A DNA stretch of 63,910 bases. Origin: a virus (lineage: Duplodnaviria > Caudoviricetes). Positions 56,813 through 63,910 of this stretch are shown here, piece after piece. A model generated the notes under the pieces. It did no database searches and had not been told where the DNA came from. It saw nothing but the letters and a program-made list of their open reading frames with translations. Location: positions 1 through 63,910 of the IMG/VR virus record IMGVR_UViG_3300038548_000456; one strand, written 5' to 3'. Every line of letters begins with the position of its first letter. Position 1 is the stretch's first letter. Both the position numbers and the translations under genes were made by a program.

Positions 56813-58904
56813 TGGAAAACTCAATAGCGAAGAAGCAGCACTGGATTGGTTAGACCGTGGCATTCAACCGATTCCTATTAAACCAAGAGGAAAACGTCCA
56901 AAGGGAAAGAATTGGCCTAGATTAAGAGTTACCGAATCTACCGTTGCTGATCATTTCAAACCTGGTGATAACATCGGCGGTCTGTGGGGAGAACCTTCGG
57001 GTTGGATAGTCGACGTTGACCTGGATGATGAAGACGCAGCTGACCTGGCTGAGTACGTTCTGCCAAAGACATTCATCTTCGGTAGGGGAAATCGACCTGA
57101 CACTCATTTCTTATATCGCAGTAAGAATGCTGAGACGCAGAAATGGAAAGGACCTAAGAAGGAGATGATCGTAGAGTTGAGATCCTCAGGTACTCAAACT
57201 GTCCTTCCTCCCTCCATTCATCCTGATGGTGATGACTATATTATTAGCGAAGACGCAGAGAATGTGGCTAAACTATCATCTGCTCGCTTAAATAGGTATC
57301 TCAATCAACTAGCGGTTGGAGCACTCTTCGTTAGAAATTTCCCAAGAGACGGTGGATCCCGACACGATTATATTCATGCTGTCACTGGCGCCTTATTATA
57401 TAGTAAATGGAAACCAACTGAGGTTCGCCGGTTAGCTAGAGCTATAGTTCAGGTGACTCAGGAAGATGATGACGATTCTGCTCAGCGAATCCGAACTATT
57501 GAAAATACGATAACGAAGTTCAAAGATAAGGACCGCGTGTTAGGTTGGCCATCGTTAAAGGATTGGATTAGCTCGAAAGAACTTCTACTGATGAAACGTT
57601 GGGCAGGCGAAGAAGACCTGACTAACATTCCTCCTATCACTACCAAGAAAGTTATTAAGGCTGCTCTTCCTTCCACTCAGATCAACTTTGATAAGACCTT
57701 GCTAGATGTTCCTGGATTAGTAGGTGAGGCTACTCGTTGGGTAGCTTCACAGGCTTATCGAAAACAACCTGCATTTGATTTGGCTACTGGTCTGATGTGT
57801 ACTGCTTTGGCTTCCTGCAATCACTACGAGATAGACGGATGGCGAACTCCTCTCCAACCTTATTTTATGCTGACTGTCAAAACAGCGATGGGTAAAGGTG
57901 CGTCAATGGCTGCTCTTCGTACTTTCGCCAGAGAAGTGAAGTTGCAGTCCCATGTCTATGACGGATTCCTGTCCTACCATTCGATGATGGATCAATTAGC
58001 CGAAGAACCCAATATCGCCTGTTGGATCCTGGATGAGGCAGCTCGATTCTTAAAGGCTAGTCGACATGGAACAGGCCAAGACGCTCAAGTAATTACTCAC
58101 TTACTAAAATTATATGGACAAGCTAATAGTTACATGGGAGCGATGCCAGGCAGGGGACATCCTATCCCTGCTCTAGAGAATCCATTCCTATTGTTATTCT
58201 CTGCCTCCCAACCTGAGCTTCTGATTGATGCAATGTCAGGCTCGGATATCGCAGCAGGTTTTCCTAATCGAGTTCTCCTATTCTCTGGCTCTGAACAGAC
58301 TGAGCGGAATCGAAACAATCAGAAGATCTTTCCTTCTAAACTCAAGAAGCTAGGAATGAGGTTAGTCAACCACGAGCCTAAGGGATCTCACCCCACTCCT
58401 GTCCGATTGGCTGACGTTAAGACGGTGCAGATCTTCGAGAATTTTGATGATCATGCTATAGGGACAGGTGACGATATGTGGGGCAGAGCGAATCAGAACG
58501 CTTTGATCGCTGCTGGTTTAGTTGCTGTCGGCGTTAGCGCTTCTAGTCCTAAGATCACAGCTGAGATCGCCTCATGGGCCACCAAGCTGGTCACCTGGTC
58601 TATACGTTCTTGGAAACAGGTGGAAGAAAGTCTCTCATCATCGAATTTCTATGAAGCCAAGTCGAAGCAAGTAGAACAGATCATCAGTAATCCCTTGAAG
58701 TTTGTTCTGTCTGGTGTTCGTGCTCAACAGATAGCCTTTCTCAAGAGGGGCTTCGTACCTCGGTCCATCATCACTCGTCATTCCCGAGGTATCACTCCCT
58801 TCGAGCTGGATCAAATCCTAGAGCAACTTATCGAAGCAGAACTCATCGTAGAGAAGTCAACACCGGATGGAAAAGGCAAGCTCTACACCGTCCATCGTCA
58901 CTAG
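56802..58904 (+). CDS. Bifunctional primase-polymerase fused to a helicase-like (DUF3987-type) domain
   Basis: PIPIKPRGKRP, NIG, IVDVDLD, HFLY, VLPPSIHPDG; KTAMGKG, ILDE. Confidence 0.85.
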   Translation: MPRNGKLNSEEAALDWLDRGIQPIPIKPRGKRPKGKNWPRLRVTESTVADHFKPGDNIGGLWGEPSGWIVDVDLDDEDAADLAEYVLPKTFIFGRGNRPDTHFLYRSKNAETQKWKGPKKEMIVELRSSGTQTVLPPSIHPDGDDYIISEDAENVAKLSSARLNRYLNQLAVGALFVRNFPRDGGSRHDYIHAVTGALLYSKWKPTEVRRLARAIVQVTQEDDDDSAQRIRTIENTITKFKDKDRVLGWPSLKDWISSKELLLMKRWAGEEDLTNIPPITTKKVIKAALPSTQINFDKTLLDVPGLVGEATRWVASQAYRKQPAFDLATGLMCTALASCNHYEIDGWRTPLQPYFMLTVKTAMGKGASMAALRTFAREVKLQSHVYDGFLSYHSMMDQLAEEPNIACWILDEAARFLKASRHGTGQDAQVITHLLKLYGQANSYMGAMPGRGHPIPALENPFLLLFSASQPELLIDAMSGSDIAAGFPNRVLLFSGSEQTERNRNNQKIFPSKLKKLGMRLVNHEPKGSHPTPVRLADVKTVQIFENFDDHAIGTGDDMWGRANQNALIAAGLVAVGVSASSPKITAEIASWATKLVTWSIRSWKQVEESLSSSNFYEAKSKQVEQIISNPLKFVLSGVRAQQIAFLKRGFVPRSIITRHSRGITPFELDQILEQLIEAELIVEKSTPDGKGKLYTVHRH

Positions 58905-58911
58905 CCCACAC

Positions 58912-58936
58912 AAAAGAAAGCCTGCACGAAGCAGGC
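58912..58936 (-). terminator. Rho-independent terminator
   Basis: Minus strand GCCTGC-TTCGT-GCAGGC-TTTCTTTT at a convergent junction. Confidence 0.75.
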
Positions 58937-58959
58937 AATCTCCGAGCGAGGGGATCGCT

Positions 58960-59280
58960 CTACAGAGAGGGTTTCCAGATAAGCGGTAGTTCTTCACCAG
59001 ACACCGGAAACACTGGCTCATCACATTCACTTGTCCAAGGGTCATCGTCATTCGCGCAGAGAATAACTTTAGTGACCTCACCTCCTGATCCTGTTCTATC
59101 AGTCCAGACTCCACCAACCGATGCATGAAAATAAGGACCAGCTTCTATTTGATCGCCAATCCGAACTTCAACCTCTTTCCCATGTTGATCCATAAGGCCA
59201 AGCAGCAAGTTAGTTAAATCTTGGATGTTCATATTACTCCTCCGGATACTTGTAGCAGTTGAGGCCGATGATGATGCCAT
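58960..59280 (-). CDS. Hypothetical protein (start probably at MNIQDL)
   Basis: GGAGGAG SD before the internal ATG. Confidence 0.6.
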   Translation of the reverse strand: MASSSASTATSIRRSNMNIQDLTNLLLGLMDQHGKEVEVRIGDQIEAGPYFHASVGGVWTDRTGSGGEVTKVILCANDDDPWTSECDEPVFPVSGEELPLIWKPSL

Positions 59281-59437
59281 TGTCTAACTTAGCAGCACCC
59301 TTCGTGGATCCAATCGAGATAGTCTTCTTAGACTTGGACAACCCAAACTCTTTAGTAGTGTCAATCTCGATTGTGATCTTCTTGTCTGTCTGGGTGATCT
59401 TAACGTTTTGTCCGTATTCCTTCGCTGCCATTTCCAT
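59234..59437 (-). CDS. Small basic beta-rich protein
   Basis: AAGGAG SD; ITIEID..KEFGLSKS.KT..IGST.G. Confidence 0.7.
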   Translation of the reverse strand: MEMAAKEYGQNVKITQTDKKITIEIDTTKEFGLSKSKKTISIGSTKGAAKLDNGIIIGLNCYKYPEE

Positions 59438-59581
59438 TCTCCTTGTTTAAGTTAGTGCAATGCAAGAGGTCATGATCAGTAACCAGATCAAGCCTCCAAA
59501 TAAATACCAAGCCTGTCGTGTCATGTTATATACTCAGTAGCCAACCGCAGCGATTGCATTTGTAAAGCTCTTTAAGGGTAC

Positions 59582-59830
59582 TCATGATCGAACGTTCTGA
59601 AACGCTTTGGATACTTGCTGACAAGCGAAACGTGCCTCATGCGGTCTCCATGCCTTCACCTGAGTAAGGACGCGGTAGAGTTCGTTGTTAAGATCCCTGC
59701 CCAAGTCCCCACGCTGTAAGGTGTTGGACTCAATGAAGAGATCCGCCAACTTAAGAGAAGTCTCCGCTAGCTCTGTGCGATTTAGCTTGGCCATGCGTTT
59801 GAGGTAATTAGCTCGTTGAAGGTTACTCAT
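59582..59830 (-). CDS. Hypothetical protein
   Basis: ATGA coupling. Confidence 0.6.
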   Translation of the reverse strand: MSNLQRANYLKRMAKLNRTELAETSLKLADLFIESNTLQRGDLGRDLNNELYRVLTQVKAWRPHEARFACQQVSKAFQNVRS

Positions 59831-60231
59831 AGTACTTCCTTTAGAGAATATTTTCCACTTATTTTATCTAGTTGTCCGACTGAAAACATTCTTACCAACT
59901 CATTAGTTATACGAATATTAAGAGGAGTTTCAAGATGGTTAGGGTAATCAAATCCTACTCGGATGAATTCTTTAACTACATCCCGAGGTCTGAGTCCGCC
60001 AGGTGGGCCTTGACTTAGTATCTCTCTTAAGGATCCTCGAAATCCTTTTCTTTCAGTCTCGGAGAGGAACGGAGTAAGAGTTTCTCCCAAGAGATGCTCT
60101 AAGGCGTGAAGCTCTCTGTGGAGATTGAATTTTTTTTCTTTTAAGAGATTTAAGTCTAAAATTAACTCTTTCATCTCTCCCTCTTTTTTCACCCATTCCT
60201 TTTTCAGTAGTTCCATAAATTCAGTTGACAT
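59827..60231 (-). CDS. Coiled-coil plus winged-helix-like protein
   Basis: 134-aa AT-rich ORF. Confidence 0.6.
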   Translation of the reverse strand: MSTEFMELLKKEWVKKEGEMKELILDLNLLKEKKFNLHRELHALEHLLGETLTPFLSETERKGFRGSLREILSQGPPGGLRPRDVVKEFIRVGFDYPNHLETPLNIRITNELVRMFSVGQLDKISGKYSLKEVL

Positions 60232-60245
60232 TAGGTCTGCGCTCC

Positions 60246-60272
60246 AAAGAAAGGAGGCCCCGAAGGGCCCCC
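60246..60272 (-). terminator. Rho-independent terminator
   Basis: Minus strand GGGGGCCC-TTCG-GGGCCTCC-TTTCTTT just after the stop at 60280. Confidence 0.85.
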
Positions 60273-60279
60273 GTTAGGA

Positions 60280-60744
60280 TTAGGCAGCGAGTAGCTCGCG
60301 TGCCTTCTTAGCCTGAGCCTGGGTAAACTCCCAGCGGCTCTTAGCATCGTGGCCTTTCAGACCCGCAGCTCGCAGCTTCCGACGTGCCACCTTAGGATCA
60401 ACCTTCAGCTCGGTGCAGATCGCTTTGAGTGAGACCGTGTTGCCAGTCGTTTTCTTAACGACCTTCTTAACGACCTTCTTCTTCGCGACTTTCTTAGAGA
60501 CTTTCTTTTTACTCGTTTTGTTGGTAGCCATTTTAGCTTCCTCCAGTTTTGCTTCATCCTTAGCCTTCTTGGCTTTTCGGAATAGGCGATTTCCTCGGGC
60601 GATTGCCTTTCGGGTTTCCTCATCAGGGTTCCATGCCCAACCTGCTGACAGCGGTGGTGCTGAACAAGCAACTTTCTCTCCAGCTTTCTGGTGATGAACC
60701 GGAGCCGGATTCGAGTTGCAGTACTGTCGTATAGTGCGGGCCAT
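60280..60744 (-). CDS. Lys-rich histone-like DNA-binding protein with HTH-like C-domain
   Basis: KKV(S/A/V)KK repeats; LKAICTELKVDPKVARRKLRAAG...RW. Confidence 0.7.
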   Translation of the reverse strand: MARTIRQYCNSNPAPVHHQKAGEKVACSAPPLSAGWAWNPDEETRKAIARGNRLFRKAKKAKDEAKLEEAKMATNKTSKKKVSKKVAKKKVVKKVVKKTTGNTVSLKAICTELKVDPKVARRKLRAAGLKGHDAKSRWEFTQAQAKKARELLAA

Positions 60745-60852
60745 TCGTGGTCACTCCTTGATGAGTTACAAAGACATTATATGAGATGTGGCTTTGAAAT
60801 GAAGGCTTTATTTAACATAATTTCACTTTTTAAAGTGAGCAATATCAGTGAC

Positions 60853-61410
60853 TTACGCCGGATCACTGTCGATCGCTCGAGAAGGAGTGTGGCTGGAACC
60901 TGCCTCCTTGGCAATTTTCTCTGCATCGAAATATTCTTGAATTGCAACAAAACCAAGTGCTGCATAATTTGACGCTACGGCATCTGAGATATGTAAAATT
61001 TCTCCTATTTCCTTGAGACTATAACCGTAAACGCGCCGCAGCAGGAACGCTTTAGCGTACTGCGGTTTCACTGTTTTAAGTGCTTTGTACACTACGGCCA
61101 TTTTCTCATTAATCTCAATTGCATGTTCCGTCGTATTTTCATCAACTTTGAAAACGTCCATATCTTCTGTGATGTCAACGCGCATAAAAGACGGGCGACG
61201 GTAAAAATTTGCAACGATTAGATTCCTAGCAATGACTATCAAGGAACCCTTGCTAGAAATGTCCTTTCCGCTTTCGAGGTGCTGCCAAGCACGTAGAAAG
61301 GTTTCCTGTACAATATCTTCGACTGAATTTTTATCAGGAATAAGCGCGCGAACGTGTTGGCGTATAATATTGGCGTGTTGTTTGTACATCTCAGTGATGT
61401 CAATAGTCAT
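60853..61410 (-). CDS. ECF-type RNA polymerase sigma factor
   Basis: Region 2 EDIVQETFLRAW...IARNL; region 4 AFLLRRVYGYSLKEIGEILHIS. Confidence 0.88.
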   Translation of the reverse strand: MTIDITEMYKQHANIIRQHVRALIPDKNSVEDIVQETFLRAWQHLESGKDISSKGSLIVIARNLIVANFYRRPSFMRVDITEDMDVFKVDENTTEHAIEINEKMAVVYKALKTVKPQYAKAFLLRRVYGYSLKEIGEILHISDAVASNYAALGFVAIQEYFDAEKIAKEAGSSHTPSRAIDSDPA

Positions 61411-61693
61411 CCTCGTTCTCCTTTGTGAGTGGCACGTCTCGCCACTCAGTTAAATTGGGGTTGGTGATGAGTACTGCATGTCCGGGTCTGTTCATGATGT
61501 GAGTTTCCCAGGCTTGTTGTAGTATCCGCTTGCTACTAGCTCTAACCACATGAGAAGAAACTCCTGGTAGTGCTTCTATTTGACGTTCAACAAATCGTAG
61601 GAGGACTGTCGGGATCCAAACGACTCCATGGAATTGAGCATCGAGGATGATGATCTCATCGTCATAGTCAAGGTAGGTTGGTCCATCACCCAT
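61400..61693 (-). CDS. Hypothetical protein
   Basis: Overlapping operon context. Confidence 0.6.
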   Translation of the reverse strand: MGDGPTYLDYDDEIIILDAQFHGVVWIPTVLLRFVERQIEALPGVSSHVVRASSKRILQQAWETHIMNRPGHAVLITNPNLTEWRDVPLTKENEDDY

Positions 61694-61973
61694 CTGTTGC
61701 CTCCTCTCCTATAATCTCATACATTTTCCTAGCAATCTCGAATCCTGTGTGATCATCGGTGTACACATCACAGGTTCTATTGATAACCTTTTTGAGTCGA
61801 GCAATCATCGCATCGAGTTGTTTGGTCTGATCCTTAAGCAGTGCGAGGTCCTGAATAGTACCGGCAGGATCCGCATTAGTCTCAAGGTCGTGGATGTACT
61901 GCTTGACTGGGTTGGGCAATGTGTTGATGTTCTCAGCAGTAGGCGTCCATCCCAGAGGGACACATATAGTCAT
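61686..61973 (-). CDS. Hypothetical protein
   Basis: WTPTAENINTLP...YIHDLET; coupled. Confidence 0.65.
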   Translation of the reverse strand: MTICVPLGWTPTAENINTLPNPVKQYIHDLETNADPAGTIQDLALLKDQTKQLDAMIARLKKVINRTCDVYTDDHTGFEIARKMYEIIGEEATDG

Positions 61974-62152
61974 ATCTTACTCCCGTTGTGTCGGTCAGGA
62001 AATCGACATGGAGGTTCGGTATGTAGTTGCCTGCCACAATAATCACACCGGCCATTTGCTTGAGCAGTTGCTCGTTCCTCTAATTCGCTCCGTAAGTCAG
62101 CTGTGGTATGTTCGTCTAAACCTTTCATGTGACTCATTCTATTAGCTCCCAT
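61970..62152 (-). CDS. Small Zn-finger-like protein
   Basis: CDYC...C...H. Confidence 0.55.
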   Translation of the reverse strand: MGANRMSHMKGLDEHTTADLRSELEERATAQANGRCDYCGRQLHTEPPCRFPDRHNGSKI

Positions 62153-62499
62153 TCGATTTTGTTTATCTTGGCTCGTTTGATCATGTCAGCAGTACCCACA
62201 CTATTCTTTAAGTCCTCATGGAAAGCGAGGATGAGTTGAGGCTTTGCATCGTTCAACATGAATTCATTTCGATTAATCCCTGCCCGCTTACCCTCTCTTC
62301 TCCATTCCTCGTGGGAGACAGGATAAGATTTAATGTCGAACTCTAGGAACTTGGCAGCTCTCTCCGCCATTATATCTGCGCCTTTGCATGCTCCATGGAT
62401 GATGATGGTGTTGCTGGGAAGTTGCAACAATCGAGCCGCCATCTTACGAGCACAGGCATGCCCGGTCCAATCACGACTACCTGAGATAAGAACTCTCAT
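62134..62499 (-). CDS. SLOG-superfamily (YspA/DUF2493-like) protein
   Basis: RVLISGSRDW, IIHGACKGAD, AGINRNEFM, GTADM. Confidence 0.85.
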   Translation of the reverse strand: MRVLISGSRDWTGHACARKMAARLLQLPSNTIIIHGACKGADIMAERAAKFLEFDIKSYPVSHEEWRREGKRAGINRNEFMLNDAKPQLILAFHEDLKNSVGTADMIKRAKINKIEWELIE

Positions 62500-62822
62500 T
62501 TTACTATCTCCAGTTTACCTTTGATGAATATGTGGAAGATGGCAACGCCTGCAGCAAGTGTCTCGAACCACTCCCATTTCCCTGGCAGTAGTACTTTACC
62601 ACTAGCAGCTACCATCCATTCAATCTTTTTGAAGTTAACGACAGTTCCTTCTGGGTGTGACCAGATGTCGCAGAACAGAACGAAGTTACCTTGCGGATCA
62701 ATACGCATGCAAATTGGTGTAGCATCATTAGGTATCTCCACATGACATCTAATTGGTTCGTTAGGTGTGAGAATCCCCTCTTCTTGCTGCAGGTTATACC
62801 CTGCTATCATTCGCTGCTTCAT
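62496..62822 (-). CDS. Hypothetical protein
   Basis: GGAGG SD; ATGA coupling. Confidence 0.65.
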   Translation of the reverse strand: MKQRMIAGYNLQQEEGILTPNEPIRCHVEIPNDATPICMRIDPQGNFVLFCDIWSHPEGTVVNFKKIEWMVAASGKVLLPGKWEWFETLAAGVAIFHIFIKGKLEIVK

Positions 62823-62976
62823 GTCAATGCCTCCACACGCGCCTCGGCTAGTTCTTTGTCATTCATCACCTTTCTTCCTCCAAAGGCCGTGTGGCCACAT
62901 ATACTTCAAGTCCCACCAACGCCATAACAGTATGATTGCAACGTAAATGATAATACCTAGAGAAAGAATTAGTAGC

Positions 62977-63351
62977 TTATCCATCATTAATCTCCTTCAT
63001 GATCTCTTTGTAGGTGGTCTCATTGACAGATTTGACAGGCGCTTGTTTACCGGCTATCTGTAGCAGATCACAGAATACCTCGTTAATCCGAGGAAGGAGA
63101 ATGCGTTGGGGATACTCATCAATGATTCTCTGAGCGCATTCATACCCATCATGATTTTCCACATGGAACAGTCCTTCCCAGGCTATAGCTGCCGCTAGAG
63201 AGTCGGTCAGAACCTCAATTAATTTTGCTCGCTCCCTCTCCGTTTCAGGCATAGAACACTCCATGAGTATCTTCATTAGAGTTCTAAATCCCACCTTGTC
63301 GATGAGTTTCTTGGCATCGTCCTTTAGTCTCTGTTCCATATCAATTCCCAT
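62977..63351 (-). CDS. Hypothetical protein
   Basis: 124-aa ORF. Confidence 0.6.
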   Translation of the reverse strand: MGIDMEQRLKDDAKKLIDKVGFRTLMKILMECSMPETERERAKLIEVLTDSLAAAIAWEGLFHVENHDGYECAQRIIDEYPQRILLPRINEVFCDLLQIAGKQAPVKSVNETTYKEIMKEINDG

Positions 63352-63718
63352 TAGCCATTATAAATGCTTCTTCATCATCGAAGGCAGAAGCAAGGGATAC
63401 CGGATCTGCTCGGTCCCACCATCGGTCTTGTTGTTTCGAGGACAGGTTCTCCCACGGTATGTTAGCACCACCTTCTTTGACATACATAGCGATGGCGCCA
63501 AAGCAGTGTTGGCTGGTACCATCGGAGCGGAAGACATAACCTCCCTCTATGTGCTCGGTCTCCTCTACATGTTCCGAATGCAAGTGGCAGACAAACCCCT
63601 CGCGGTACGCCAACTCCTCAATACTCCTAGCTCTCTCCTTGCACGAGAACGTTATCCGATGGATGGTGTTAGCAAACGGACAATTCTTGCAAGCTTTCTT
63701 AAGATCGAACTTCATCAA
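63341..63718 (-). CDS. Cys/His-motif hypothetical protein
   Basis: CKNCPF...FVCH...HCFGA. Confidence 0.7.
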   Translation of the reverse strand: MMKFDLKKACKNCPFANTIHRITFSCKERARSIEELAYREGFVCHLHSEHVEETEHIEGGYVFRSDGTSQHCFGAIAMYVKEGGANIPWENLSSKQQDRWWDRADPVSLASAFDDEEAFIMANGN

Positions 63719-63910
63719 AATTCCTTTTGGATCTTCTGGATGAGTTGATTGATCTGCCTAACCTCGCCTGTGTACCGTTGATGGGCGTCGTTAATATCCA
63801 ACTGCAGAGCGTAGATCTGTTGTGATTTGGTAGCGTTGTCAAGTAGGTGCTCGAAGTGTACGAGCTGACCATAGTCATTGCCGATGCCAACTGCCGTTTT
63901 TTTTTTTTTT
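63715..63910 (-). pseudogene. Junction-spanning gene (TTG at 145 across the join to stop at 63715) frameshifted at an A14 tract
   Basis: Translated by hand: SD GGAG 7 nt before TTG; MKTNQS, A14, then +1 frame TAVGIG...IQKEF with TGATG coupling. Confidence 0.5.
63784..63910. repeat. Terminal direct repeat, copy 2
   Basis: Identical to 1-127. Confidence 0.9.

Noticed and set aside
63784-63910. 127-bp terminal repeat as a biological DTR
   Set aside because: The length equals a common assembler k-mer, it falls inside a reading frame and it ends in a homopolymer; best read as a circular overlap
1-63910. Stop-codon reassignment
   Set aside because: Core genes are intact in the standard code, and TAA, TAG and TGA all end genes

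Overview
This window is very probably a complete ~63.8 kb tailed-phage genome (Caudoviricetes, podovirus-type virion module). Bases 1-127 equal 63784-63910, which looks like an assembler circularisation overlap and gives a 63,783 bp circle. The plus strand (2.1-44.0 kb) carries terS, then an ~8.7 kb accessory island (repeated sigma70-like promoters, C5 methyltransferase, structured non-coding RNAs, Fn3 and RyR-domain proteins), then terL, portal, GroES-like co-chaperonin, scaffold, major capsid, tail/fibre genes, lysis genes and internal/ejection proteins. The minus strand (44.0-56.5 kb and 58.9 kb round to 1.9 kb) carries SNF2 helicase, SSB, Sak4-like ATPase, Cas4-like nuclease, a UDG-fused family A polymerase and a pyrimidine-metabolism block (dCMP deaminase, two tandem Asp177-type thymidylate-synthase-fold genes, MazG-like, dNMP kinase), plus early genes including an ECF sigma factor. 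A primase-helicase lies on the plus strand. I recognised no integrase. Main leads: (1) 17 [FY]xxGG motifs confined to five putative internal virion proteins, one directly followed by an internal consensus Tat motif; (2) a paired TS-fold base-modification module; (3) a tRNA-like/ncRNA cluster; (4) an A14 tract that frameshifts a gene across the contig junction. All calls come from reading motifs by eye; no searches or folding programs were run.
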